Shown here: in pieces, positions 1 through 9,104 of the stretch
Layout of the letters: each line of letters begins with the position of its first letter
Position numbering within the stretch: position 1 is the stretch's first letter
NCBI GenBank assembly: GCA_963707025.1
Contig: CAVPOM010000006.1
Coordinates: 704,001 to 768,000, forward strand
Direction: 5' to 3'
DNA from: an uncultured Verrucomicrobiae bacterium
Lineage (GTDB): Bacteria > Verrucomicrobiota > Verrucomicrobiia > Limisphaerales > Palsa-1400
Length of the DNA: 64,000 nucleotides
Notes under the pieces: model-generated
Seen by the model: the letters and a program-made list of their open reading frames with translations, nothing else
What the model was told of the DNA's origin: nothing
Database searches by the model: none
Position numbers and translations under genes: made by a program

Positions 1-538
1 TGGTGGCCAGCACCAACGGGACCTCGTAGCTGATCATTTGCGCGATGGCCCGCATCGCGCCCAGCAGCGAATATTTATTCTGACTCGACCATCCCGCCAT
101 GAAGACCGCCAGCTCGGACGCGGAGCCGATGGCAAAAAAGAAGAGAATGCCCGCGTCCAGTTCAATCGCGCTCATGTTGCGTCCGAAGGGCAGAACGGCG
201 AAGGCCAGCCAAATCGGCGCCGTCAGGGCCACCGGCGCGAGGAAATGCACCACTTGGTCGGCGGAAAAAGGAACAATGTCCTCCTTGATGAGCATCTTGA
301 CCCCGTCGGCCAACGGTTGGAACAAACCGCAAGGCCCGACGCGGTTGGGGCCATAACGATTCTGCATCCGGCCCAGGATCTTGCGCTCCAGGATCGTGGT
401 CAGGGCAAAGCACGTTCCGAACACCGCCATCAGGCCCGCGATGATGAGCACCATCAAAACCAGCGGACGGACCGAAGCCGGAGCCAATCCCGCCAGCCAA
501 TGCTGGGTCGAAACAAAAACTTGGTCTAAGGCGTTCAT
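1..538 (-). CDS. nuoH: NADH-quinone oxidoreductase subunit H, runs off the window start
   Basis: Manual translation from ATG 538: MNALDQ...TILERKILGRMQNRYGPNRVGPCGLFQPLADGVKMLIKED, the NuoH signature. ATGA overlap with the nuoI stop. Confidence 0.93.
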   Translation of the reverse strand, partial: MNALDQVFVSTQHWLAGLAPASVRPLVLMVLIIAGLMAVFGTCFALTTILERKILGRMQNRYGPNRVGPCGLFQPLADGVKMLIKEDIVPFSADQVVHFLAPVALTAPIWLAFAVLPFGRNMSAIELDAGILFFFAIGSASELAVFMAGWSSQNKYSLLGAMRAIAQMISYEVPLVLAT

Positions 539-1104
539 GCGGTGGTTGGCGTGGCTGGAGCCGGGGTGACGGCCTTCCTGGCCTGCGCCTTGCGTTGTTC
601 TTCCGTCCGCTCTGCATCCACGGCGGCGGCTTCGGCGGGATGGATTCGGCGGAAGTAATCATTGGATTTGGCCAAGTCCCTTTTCTGCAACACCATGGCG
701 CAATCCTCGCTGGCCAGCTCAAAAACCTGGTCCATCTTGATGGAATCAAACGGGCAAACTTCCACGCAGATGCCGCAACCCATGCAGACGGCCATGTCAA
801 TGTTGAAAACCTTGGGTTGGAACTGCAGCTTCCCCAGGTAATCCTGCTTTTTGACCGTATCTTTGACGATTTCTATGCAATGCGCCGGACATTCCTGCGC
901 ACAGATCGTGCAGGCGGTGCAGCGCAACCCGGCGAGGGGATCCGCGCCATCGCAAACCAAAAAAGGAACCGTGCGCGCGTTTGCCTGCGGGGCAAGTTTC
1001 TCCTCCGGGTACTGCACGGTGGTCAGCCGCGCGGGATCAAAATAGCTGCCGCAAAAATTGCGCCCGGTCTCGAAGAACCCTCGAAGTAAGCCGCGGCCCA
1101 GCAT
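535..1104 (-). CDS. nuoI: NADH-quinone oxidoreductase subunit I (2x[4Fe-4S])
   Basis: TVQYPEE, CTACTICAQECP and CMGCGICVEVCP motifs; nuo context. Confidence 0.9.
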   Translation of the reverse strand: MLGRGLLRGFFETGRNFCGSYFDPARLTTVQYPEEKLAPQANARTVPFLVCDGADPLAGLRCTACTICAQECPAHCIEIVKDTVKKQDYLGKLQFQPKVFNIDMAVCMGCGICVEVCPFDSIKMDQVFELASEDCAMVLQKRDLAKSNDYFRRIHPAEAAAVDAERTEEQRKAQARKAVTPAPATPTTA

Positions 1105-2255
1105 TAGCGATCCACCTCCCCGAGCACAATATCAATGCTGCCCAGGATAATGACGACATCCGCGATGGTATGGCCGAGGCACATATCTTCCAGGACCGTC
1201 AGGTTGATAAGACTTGGAGGGCGGATGCGGTAACGCCAAGGCGTCGGCCCGCCGTCGCTGATGAGGTAAAAGCCCAGTTCGCCTTTGGGCGATTCGATCC
1301 GCCCGTAGGCTTCCCCGGTTTTGGGGCGCAGATTGCGCAGTTTGACTTTGGGATCCAGGATTGCTCCCGCGGGAATGTCGCGCAAGGCCTGGGCCAGAAT
1401 CTTGACCGATTCCCGCATTTCGAGAATCCGCACCATGTAACGATCGAAAACGTCCCCTTGCTGGCCGAGCGGGACGCGGAATTTGAAGCGGTCGTAAATC
1501 CCGTAGCGGTCCACTTTGCGAAGGTCGTAATTGACTCCGCTGGCCCGCAGCCCCGGGCCGGTCACGCCGGCATTGACCGCCAGGTCGCGCGGCAACACGC
1601 CCACGCCTTCACTGCGAGCGCGGAGAATTTCGTTTTCGCTCAGGAGAGCCTCGAATTGGTCGAGAAAGACGTCGAAATCCGCCGCGACCCTGGCGGCCTG
1701 TTCCTGCCAGCCGGGCGGGAGGTCGCAACGGCAGCCGCCGAAACGCAGGTAATTGCACATCATCCGCGAGCCGCTGAGCGCTTCGAAAAGGTCGAGGATT
1801 TTTTCCCGTTCGCGAAAGGCGTACATCAGGGGCGTGCCCAGGGCGCCCATGTCCTGCAAAACAAATCCCGCCAGGCAGGCGTGGTTGAACAGGCGGGTCA
1901 GTTCGGCGACAATGACCCGGATGTATTCGGCGCGCTCGGCCACCATCAATCCCGCCAGCTTCTCCACGCTCAGGACATAGGCCCAGTTGTTGGTCATCGA
2001 GCAGATGTAATCCAGCCGGTCGGTGTAGGGGATGGAGGCCAGGTAGCTGTTCTTCTCGGCGATTTTCTCGTGGTTGCGATGGAGGTAGCCGAAAACCGGC
2101 GTCAGTTTCACCACCGTTTCGCCATCCAGAACAACATTCATCCGAAAAACACCGTGAGTGGAGGGATGATGCGGCCCCATGGACACTTCGAGCAGGTCAT
2201 GGCCGTCAAATTTGGAGAGGGCCTGCCCCTGCGGCGCTGGCAGTGTGGCGATCAT
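1104..2255 (-). CDS. nuoD: NADH-quinone oxidoreductase subunit D
   Basis: [30 protein letters not shown] and C-terminal [12 protein letters not shown]; no Ni-binding CxxC pairs. Start placed at the ATGA overlap with the nuoC stop. Confidence 0.93.
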   Translation of the reverse strand: MIATLPAPQGQALSKFDGHDLLEVSMGPHHPSTHGVFRMNVVLDGETVVKLTPVFGYLHRNHEKIAEKNSYLASIPYTDRLDYICSMTNNWAYVLSVEKLAGLMVAERAEYIRVIVAELTRLFNHACLAGFVLQDMGALGTPLMYAFREREKILDLFEALSGSRMMCNYLRFGGCRCDLPPGWQEQAARVAADFDVFLDQFEALLSENEILRARSEGVGVLPRDLAVNAGVTGPGLRASGVNYDLRKVDRYGIYDRFKFRVPLGQQGDVFDRYMVRILEMRESVKILAQALRDIPAGAILDPKVKLRNLRPKTGEAYGRIESPKGELGFYLISDGGPTPWRYRIRPPSLINLTVLEDMCLGHTIADVVIILGSIDIVLGEVDR

Positions 2256-2827
2256 GGCTGGGCCTCCATTTGCTCGGCCGGCACGTAATCCTTGCGCATG
2301 GGATGATCGGCAAAGTTGTCCCACATCAGGATGCGGCGCAGATCGGGATGTCCCTCAAACTCGATGCCAAACAGATCAAAGATCTCCCGTTCCTGCAACT
2401 CGCAACTGCGCCAAACCGGCGTGAGGGAGGGCAGGGCGACGCGGTCGGTTCGATTGCCGGTGCGCAGCCGGATAATGAGCGGCCCCTGGCCGAGCGCCAT
2501 GGAATAGAGATGATAAACCGCTTCGAGGAAGGCGGGGGTCTTGCGTGCGGCCAGTTCCTCGGCTTCCTTTTCCACTCCGTCAATGATCTGCTTGACCTTG
2601 ACTTTCTCCTGGACGGTTTTTTCCGGCCAGTCCACGCCCGTGACGTTGGAGGCGTAGTCGAAGCGCAACTGCGGCTGGTCGCGCAAAAATTTTGCGATCT
2701 CCCGCGCCTGCCCGTGATCCAGGAGCAGGGAGGCTTGATTGGCCGGACTACCGTTGGGAATGACCTCCAGGCGCGCGCCCGGAAAAGCGGCGGCGATGCA
2801 GTCTTTGATTTGTTGCAGAGTTTGCAT
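2252..2827 (-). CDS. nuoC: NADH-quinone oxidoreductase subunit C
   Basis: VTGVDW and [23 protein letters not shown]...HPMRKDY. Confidence 0.92.
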   Translation of the reverse strand: MQTLQQIKDCIAAAFPGARLEVIPNGSPANQASLLLDHGQAREIAKFLRDQPQLRFDYASNVTGVDWPEKTVQEKVKVKQIIDGVEKEAEELAARKTPAFLEAVYHLYSMALGQGPLIIRLRTGNRTDRVALPSLTPVWRSCELQEREIFDLFGIEFEGHPDLRRILMWDNFADHPMRKDYVPAEQMEAQP

Positions 2828-3441
2828 CAGGTGTTCCGGGCTTTGTCCAATTGCGGCCCCACCAAGTCATGCGGTCCGAATTGCGGCACGGGGAATTCGC
2901 CGGCGGCGCCCGCCTCCAGGTGGGGCGGACGATCCGGGCCCGTCAGGCGCTGGCGCGCTATTTTTTGTTGCAAAGTGATCAGCCCCTCCAGCAACGCCTC
3001 CGGCCGGGGCGGACAACCGGGGATATACACGTCCACCGGCAGATAGAGGTTTATCCCCCGCAGGACATTGTAGCCGTCGCGAAAGGGTCCGCCGCAAATG
3101 GCGCAGGCGCCCATGGCGATGACATATTTGGGCTCCGGCATCTGGTTGAACAGGCGCACGACTTGCGGGGCCATTTTCTTGGTGACGGTCCCGGAAACGA
3201 TCATCAGGTCCGCCTGCCGGGGGGAGGGCCGAAAGACCTCCGCGCCGAAGCGGGCCATGTCGAAGCGGGCCATGGAGGCGGCGATCATCTCAATGGCGCA
3301 GCAGGCCAGGCCGAACTGCAGCGGCCACAGGGAATTCTTCCGGCCCCAGTTGTAAAGCTCCTCCACCGTGGTGAGAACGACGCCTTGCTGCCTCAATCGG
3401 TTTTGTAGTTCCTGGTTCATGGGAGGCTTGTCCTCGTTCAT
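2827..3441 (-). CDS. nuoB: NADH-quinone oxidoreductase subunit B
   Basis: [37 protein letters not shown]. Start at the ATGA overlap with the nuoA stop. Confidence 0.95.
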   Translation of the reverse strand: MNEDKPPMNQELQNRLRQQGVVLTTVEELYNWGRKNSLWPLQFGLACCAIEMIAASMARFDMARFGAEVFRPSPRQADLMIVSGTVTKKMAPQVVRLFNQMPEPKYVIAMGACAICGGPFRDGYNVLRGINLYLPVDVYIPGCPPRPEALLEGLITLQQKIARQRLTGPDRPPHLEAGAAGEFPVPQFGPHDLVGPQLDKARNT

Positions 3442-3809
3442 TTCCAGGCCAGAATCCCCTTGGCCCAGGCCCAGGCCAGTCCTTCCACCAGCAGGAGGAG
3501 GAAAATCAACATCGCCAGGCACGCGGCAAAGGGAAGGCCTTTGCAGGCCACGGCAAACGGCAGCAAGAAAATGGTTTCCACATCGAAGATCAGGAAAATG
3601 ATCCCATAGAGGTAGTATTCGGACTTGAATTGCACCCATCCGGTGGGTTGGACGTCCAGGCCGCATTCGTAAACGGCATTTTTGACCGCACCGGGCTTGC
3701 GCGGCGAGAAAGCGCGCGCCCAGAGCCAGGCGATGGCCAGCGGCGCCAGGGCGAACCCGACCGCCGCGGCGGCAAAAACGGCCAGAAACAAACAGGTATT
3801 CGTGCTCAT
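3438..3809 (-). CDS. nuoA: NADH-quinone oxidoreductase subunit A
   Basis: Three hydrophobic segments, [22 protein letters not shown]-terminal WAKGILAW. Confidence 0.93.
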   Translation of the reverse strand: MSTNTCLFLAVFAAAAVGFALAPLAIAWLWARAFSPRKPGAVKNAVYECGLDVQPTGWVQFKSEYYLYGIIFLIFDVETIFLLPFAVACKGLPFAACLAMLIFLLLLVEGLAWAWAKGILAWK

Positions 3810-3841
3810 AACCTACGACTCGATCAGCCTCCCCGGCCGCC

Positions 3842-4144
3842 TCAAGACGGCAGCGGCTCGACCAGTATCATTTGGGCCAATTGTGAACTCAGGGCCAGGC
3901 GCGCGTTGCACACCTGGCAAATCAGGTTGGATTGGCGGATCAGCAGTCTGATCACCTGCCGTTCGCCAAAGCCAATTTCCCGCAAGCGCCGCGTCACCGC
4001 CGGCGGCGCGGAAAGTTCCTTGATCCGCACCAGCATCCCCGCCCGGACCCGGCTGAGCGGGCAGGTGAAGGGCTTCGCACAATGGATTTCGCCGCCCGGC
4101 GGGTTGCGGTCATCTAATTGAGTTGTCTGAGCAAACGGTTTCAT
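3842..4144 (-). CDS. feoA: Stand-alone FeoA-domain (SH3-like) protein
   Basis: [16 protein letters not shown]...RRLREIGF...[14 protein letters not shown] matches the FeoA pattern; no feoB adjacent. Confidence 0.75.
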   Translation of the reverse strand: MKPFAQTTQLDDRNPPGGEIHCAKPFTCPLSRVRAGMLVRIKELSAPPAVTRRLREIGFGERQVIRLLIRQSNLICQVCNARLALSSQLAQMILVEPLPS

Positions 4145-4433
4145 TGTTTTTACTGTTCGAGAGCCAACCTACAAGGAGGTGGCGGCGGAGACTCCACTGT
4201 TTTTGCTATTCACAGGCCATTTTTTGGCCGATGGCGAAACGTGGAATTTTTCCGCCGACACTCCACTTCCCAATAAATGTCGAACAAATCGCAACCTGTG
4301 TGTAGTTGGTCTTACCCCTCATGGGCGATGGTGCGAGCGACATGAAAAGCACAAAAAGGTTTAAGAACCTCGAATCGCTTATGAGTAAAATGCAAAATTT
4401 CAAGCAGGGCGCCAGTGCCGCAAGGAGGCCCGC

Positions 4434-5522
4434 ATGATGTTCGTGGCTGGCATCAGTTTTAAGACCGCCCCGGTCGCCCTGCGCGAGCAATTGGCAGTGA
4501 CGCCCTCGCGTCTCATCGAAACCGCCATCCGGCTCAAAGAGCAGGGCGGCCTGTCCGAATTGGTGCTCCTCTGCACCTGCAACCGGGTGGAATTGTACGG
4601 CGTGGCCGATCAGGACGGGGGACTGGCCGGGTTGCTCGCCTCGCTCGCCCGCACCCCGGCGGAAGTCGCGCCTTATGTCTATCTTCATACCGGGGAGGCG
4701 GCCGCCCGCCATCTTTTCTCCGTCGCCAGCGGGCTGGATTCGATGGTGCTGGGCGAAACGGAAATCACCGGCCAGATAAAAACCGCCTACGAGACGGCCC
4801 TGGCGGCGAAGTTGACCGGGCGGGTCCTCAATTGCGCCTTCCAACGCGCCTTTCAAGTGGTCAAAGCCATTCGCACCAAGACGCTCATCGGGCGCGGCGC
4901 CACCTCCGTGGGCAGCGTGGCCGTGCAGTTGGCGGAGAAGATCTTCGGCGGCGATTTTCACGACAAGACCGTCATGATCATCGGCGCCGGCAAAATGGGG
5001 GAAGCCTGCATCCGGCACATCGCCAAAAACGGCATCGGCTCCATCATCGTGGCCAACCGCACCCTCCAGCACGCCGAGGAACTCGCCCGCCAATTCGGAG
5101 GACGCGCGGTCAATTATATGGACGACGGCCTGGCCGCGATGGCCGGGGCGGACATCGTGGTCAGTTCCACCGGCTGCCCGGAAACCATCCTGGACCGGGA
5201 GGACGTGGAAGCGGTCATGCGGCAGCGGCCCAACCGGCCGTTGTTCCTGATTGATATCGCCGTGCCCCGGGACATTGATCCCGCGGCGCAGCGGGTGGAG
5301 AACGTTTTTCTGTACGACATAGACGACCTGGAGAAGCTGGTGGCCGAAAATGTGAAGCTGCGCGAGCAGGAGATGGCGCCCTGCCGGAGCATCATTGAAA
5401 AGCACACGGCGGAATTGATGGCCAAACTCAACGGCGCGGCCAGGAAGCCGGAGGCGGCCGGCCCGCCACCCCACGTGGCCTGGGAATTTCCCGGACGGAT
5501 TCACGACTATGCACAACCATAA
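4434..5522 (+). CDS. hemA: Glutamyl-tRNA reductase
   Basis: KTAPVALRE, CTCNRVELY, SGLDSMVLGETEITGQ, IIGAGKMG, IDIAVPRDID. Confidence 0.95.
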   Translation: MMFVAGISFKTAPVALREQLAVTPSRLIETAIRLKEQGGLSELVLLCTCNRVELYGVADQDGGLAGLLASLARTPAEVAPYVYLHTGEAAARHLFSVASGLDSMVLGETEITGQIKTAYETALAAKLTGRVLNCAFQRAFQVVKAIRTKTLIGRGATSVGSVAVQLAEKIFGGDFHDKTVMIIGAGKMGEACIRHIAKNGIGSIIVANRTLQHAEELARQFGGRAVNYMDDGLAAMAGADIVVSSTGCPETILDREDVEAVMRQRPNRPLFLIDIAVPRDIDPAAQRVENVFLYDIDDLEKLVAENVKLREQEMAPCRSIIEKHTAELMAKLNGAARKPEAAGPPPHVAWEFPGRIHDYAQP

Positions 5523-5655
5523 CCGGGCCGATAATGGCCCTGCACAAATTTTGACAGTTGAAAACCAAAGGCGGGTGGGATTGGGACGGCTGTCAGGACG
5601 CAACGCCGCGCGGCGCTGCGGATCAGCAAACACCATGACAGCCCCGGAACCCTGG

Positions 5656-5703
5656 CAAACTTAACGATCAACGCAACGACAAACTTAACGACAAACGCAA
5701 CGA
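5656..5703 (+). repeat. Four imperfect 12-bp tandem repeats immediately upstream of the nonaheme cytochrome start
   Basis: caaacttaacga / tcaacgcaacga / caaacttaacga / caaacgcaacga. Confidence 0.8.
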
Positions 5704-5710
5704 CGCAACT

Positions 5711-8077
5711 ATGAAAACAAACATGTCAACCCAACAAAAGGCAACCCGCCTAAAAGGAGCATTGCTCCTGGCGCTGGCCGCCACCCTGGGGGCCCAGGCG
5801 GCGCCGATTCCGCTGACCGCGCGGCTCATCGCCCGGCCGGTAACACCCGGCGACGTGACCCGGTTCGCGCTTCCCGCGAGCACGGAGTATTCAACAGGCT
5901 TCAATACGGTGGGCATTGGCACGCCCGTTTATCTGGAGGTGGATGTGAGCAGCAAGGTTCCGCTCTCCACCATCACCAACGTCACCTTTACGCTCACGCA
6001 AGCGCCGCTGAGATCGGCAGCGGGGTTTACGGCCAACACGTTCCCCACGAACATGGGGGTCTTTGAGCCGGCTGACAAACTGATTTACGAGGTGGCCGGG
6101 CGCGCGGTGTTGCGGCCCGACCTGACGACGGCTGACCGGCCCTACATCGTCACCGCGACGATCAACACCACGACCAATGGCTCGACCAACGTGAGCTTCA
6201 CCATTAACGCGGGAACGTATTTGGGAATTTCAGCGTGCGTGTTTTGCCACAGTCCCGGCGGCGGCGCGCCGCCCAAGGTGCCGTTTTGGCAGACCACGGA
6301 GCATGCGAGCATGTTTACCCGAGGGATTGACGGCGTGGTGAGCAGCCACTACAGCGCATCGTGCGAAAAGTGCCATACGGTCGGCTACGACACCAATGCG
6401 GCGAGCCTGGCGGACAACGGATTCTACTCGACGGCCCAGGCCGAGGGTTGGACATTTCCGGCGACATTGAACAGCAACAATTGGGCGTCCATGGTGAGTA
6501 ACTACCCGGACCTCGCCAACCTGGCCAATATTCAATGCGAGAATTGCCACGGGCCAGCCAGCGAACACGCTTATGCCTTCGGCGATACCAACGCAGCCTA
6601 CTGGCCGAGGATCGCGGTGGCGACCAACAACGCGGGCACTTGCAACCAATGCCATGACAGTCCCCCGACGGAAGCCGACGGAGCGCAATGGTACTCCTCG
6701 GCGCACGCGGTGACCACGACCATTCCCACCGGCTCCGGCCGCGACCAATGCGTGATGTGCCACACCGCCTTTGGCTTCGTCACCCGGATCAACAACGTCC
6801 TGACCAACAGCCTGGTTGGCAACACCATCACGAATTTTGCTCCGACCAATACGGCCTACGCGGCGATCAATTGCCAGACCTGCCATGAGCCGCACGGCGA
6901 AACCACCCCGACGAACAATCCGCACTTGATCCGCATGCTGGCATCGGTCACGCTCGGCGACGGCACGGTCGTCACCAACGCGGGAGAGGGAGAACTGTGC
7001 CTGGAATGCCACCACTCGCGCAATGGCTCGGCCGTCACCAACGTCACCCTGTGGTCGTCGGGGCAAAAAACCTGGGCAGGAGCCGCAGTGCCTGTCAGTT
7101 CAAGCGACTTTGGCCCGCACGACGGAGGGCAGGGAGACATGATCGAGGCGGCCAACGCCATCACTTACGGCCTGACCATCCCCAGTTCCGCCCACCGCTT
7201 AACGGTGAGCAACGTGTGCGTCGGCTGCCACATGCAAACGATTGCTTCCGCCGATCCGGGCTTCCTCGTCTCGGGCGAGCACAGCTTCGAAATGAAATAC
7301 AATGTCACCAACAGCGGCGTGGTGACGGAGGTGGACCAGGTGGGCGTCTGCAATGAATGCCACGGCGGGATCAAGTCCTTCAACTTCCCTGTGGAGGACT
7401 ACGATGGCGACGGCGTGATCGAAGGCGTCCAGACCGAAGTGCAGAATCTCCTGAACAAGCTCTCGACACTCGTGCCCAACGCCAACGGCGTGGTGGACGG
7501 CACGGTGAAAACCAAGATGTCTGTCACCACCAACTGGAGCCAGGCGCAGTTGCAGGCGGCCTACAATTGGCAGTATGTCGCCAATGACGGCAGCTTGGGT
7601 GTGCATAACGCCCCCTTTGCCACCGGCATCCTCAAAGCCTCCATCGCCAACCTGACCGGCGTGTCGGCGGCGGGCGGCCTGCCGGATGTGTGGGAGACCG
7701 CATACTACGGCTCGATCACCAACGCCAGCGGCGCACCCAACGCCGTCGGCGCCTGCGGCCTGCCGAACTGGCTGGCCTACGCGCTGGGCGTTAATCCCAA
7801 CAGCGCCAGTGTCACTTACCCAGGCGGAGTGGTTTGGGCCAACAGCTCGGGCGTGGTGGGCGGCAGCACTAACACCATCCAGATCTACACGGCGGCCGAT
7901 ATCACCTTTGACACGGTGGCCGGCACGTCTTATCAAATCCAGGCCATCAACTTCCTGGGCGGGACATGGGCGAATGTCGGAGACCCGATTGTGGCGACCA
8001 ACACCGCCTCCATGAGCTACTTGACGCCGACGCATGGTAATGCGCAACAATTCTACCGCGTAGTGCATACGCCCTGA
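5711..8077 (+). CDS. Secreted nonaheme c-type cytochrome (NrfA/HAO-superfamily-type C-terminal helices) with a C-terminal 'FYRV' domain
   Basis: Signal peptide (...LGAQA), 9 CXXCH motifs, DGSLGVHN, DYDGDG loop, C-terminus SYQIQA...W...QQFYRV. Confidence 0.88.
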   Translation: MKTNMSTQQKATRLKGALLLALAATLGAQAAPIPLTARLIARPVTPGDVTRFALPASTEYSTGFNTVGIGTPVYLEVDVSSKVPLSTITNVTFTLTQAPLRSAAGFTANTFPTNMGVFEPADKLIYEVAGRAVLRPDLTTADRPYIVTATINTTTNGSTNVSFTINAGTYLGISACVFCHSPGGGAPPKVPFWQTTEHASMFTRGIDGVVSSHYSASCEKCHTVGYDTNAASLADNGFYSTAQAEGWTFPATLNSNNWASMVSNYPDLANLANIQCENCHGPASEHAYAFGDTNAAYWPRIAVATNNAGTCNQCHDSPPTEADGAQWYSSAHAVTTTIPTGSGRDQCVMCHTAFGFVTRINNVLTNSLVGNTITNFAPTNTAYAAINCQTCHEPHGETTPTNNPHLIRMLASVTLGDGTVVTNAGEGELCLECHHSRNGSAVTNVTLWSSGQKTWAGAAVPVSSSDFGPHDGGQGDMIEAANAITYGLTIPSSAHRLTVSNVCVGCHMQTIASADPGFLVSGEHSFEMKYNVTNSGVVTEVDQVGVCNECHGGIKSFNFPVEDYDGDGVIEGVQTEVQNLLNKLSTLVPNANGVVDGTVKTKMSVTTNWSQAQLQAAYNWQYVANDGSLGVHNAPFATGILKASIANLTGVSAAGGLPDVWETAYYGSITNASGAPNAVGACGLPNWLAYALGVNPNSASVTYPGGVVWANSSGVVGGSTNTIQIYTAADITFDTVAGTSYQIQAINFLGGTWANVGDPIVATNTASMSYLTPTHGNAQQFYRVVHTP

Positions 8078-8128
8078 GCGGGTTGTGTGCCTGCGGCCTG
8101 TGGCCGCACGGCAACTGACTGACAACAT

Positions 8129-8154
8129 GGCGGCTGGCCGCGAGGCCAGCCGCC
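8129..8154 (+). other. 11-bp GC-rich hairpin with GCGA tetraloop and no U-tract (possible mRNA stabiliser or weak terminator)
   Basis: ggcggctggcc-gcga-ggccagccgcc. Confidence 0.5.
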
Positions 8155-8182
8155 GCACCAAATAGTGCGAGAAAGAAAATCT

Positions 8183-9097
8183 ATGAACCGATCCACGGCG
8201 GACAATGCGGGTGCAACGGAGAAACGGCGCGAAGGCGCGGGGGCGGGCGTTCGCAGCCTGGTTGTGGGATTGGCCTTTTTCGCGGCCGGGGTTGCTCTGA
8301 GTGCGTTGTGGTTTATGCGCGCGCCGGCGCGTGCTCCGTCCGCGCCCGAGGACGCCGGACAGCCCGCGTTGTCGGACGCCACCAGGGCGATTCTACAGCA
8401 CCTTGCTTCACCGGTTGAAATCCGGTTTTATTCATTGCTCGATCCTGCCAGCGCCGGCGACCGCGGGCGGGAATTTTCCGGGCGGGTGGACCAAATGCTG
8501 GCGCAATACGAGCAGGAGGCCGGCGGCAAAATCAAGGTCGCGCGTGTCAATTCGATTTCTACAGCCGCGGCCAATGCGGCGGAGGCTGATGGCATCAAGG
8601 CATTCAACAGGGACAAAGGCGAGGTCTGTTACCTCGGCCTCGCGGTGGTCCGCAACGGCCACAAGGAATCTGTTCCGTCGCTGGCCCCGGAGTGGGAGCC
8701 AGCCTTGGAATCGGACCTGAGCCGCGCCATCGCGGGCGTGGCCGAGGCCGATCCCCCGGCGCAACGCATGGCCAAGGCGGATGGGGCCGCGCTGGAAGCG
8801 GTGAGACGGACCATACCGAACCTTGATGCCGTGTCAGTGGAGGAGGGTTCGCGGCTGCTGCGGGTCGCGGCGGTCGCTCAATTTAAGAAGACCGGGCAGG
8901 AAATGCAGGCCCGGGTCAAACAGGCGGAAGAACATTTTCTCCAAGCGCAAAGCAGCCAGGCCGAGGCGGAACAGGAAGCCGCCGTGAAGGACCTTGAGCA
9001 AGCCAAAAAGGAACAGGCGGCGAAGCTGAAGGAAATCGCCTTGCAGTCCAAGGCGCAAGTGGAGGCGCTGCAACAGCTCAAGGGAGCGGCCCATTGA
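8183..9097 (+). CDS. Membrane-anchored protein with a GldG-N-terminal-like domain and a C-terminal coiled coil
   Basis: One N-terminal TM helix; LSDATRAILQHLASPVEIRFYS...Y...GGKIKV resembles the GldG N-terminus; Q/E/K/A-rich heptad tail. Confidence 0.6.
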   Translation: MNRSTADNAGATEKRREGAGAGVRSLVVGLAFFAAGVALSALWFMRAPARAPSAPEDAGQPALSDATRAILQHLASPVEIRFYSLLDPASAGDRGREFSGRVDQMLAQYEQEAGGKIKVARVNSISTAAANAAEADGIKAFNRDKGEVCYLGLAVVRNGHKESVPSLAPEWEPALESDLSRAIAGVAEADPPAQRMAKADGAALEAVRRTIPNLDAVSVEEGSRLLRVAAVAQFKKTGQEMQARVKQAEEHFLQAQSSQAEAEQEAAVKDLEQAKKEQAAKLKEIALQSKAQVEALQQLKGAAH

Positions 9098-9104
9098 CGC
9101 GGCG

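Noticed and set aside
1104..2255. Second [NiFe]-hydrogenase large subunit
   Set aside because: Lacks both Ni-binding CxxC motifs; it is NuoD.
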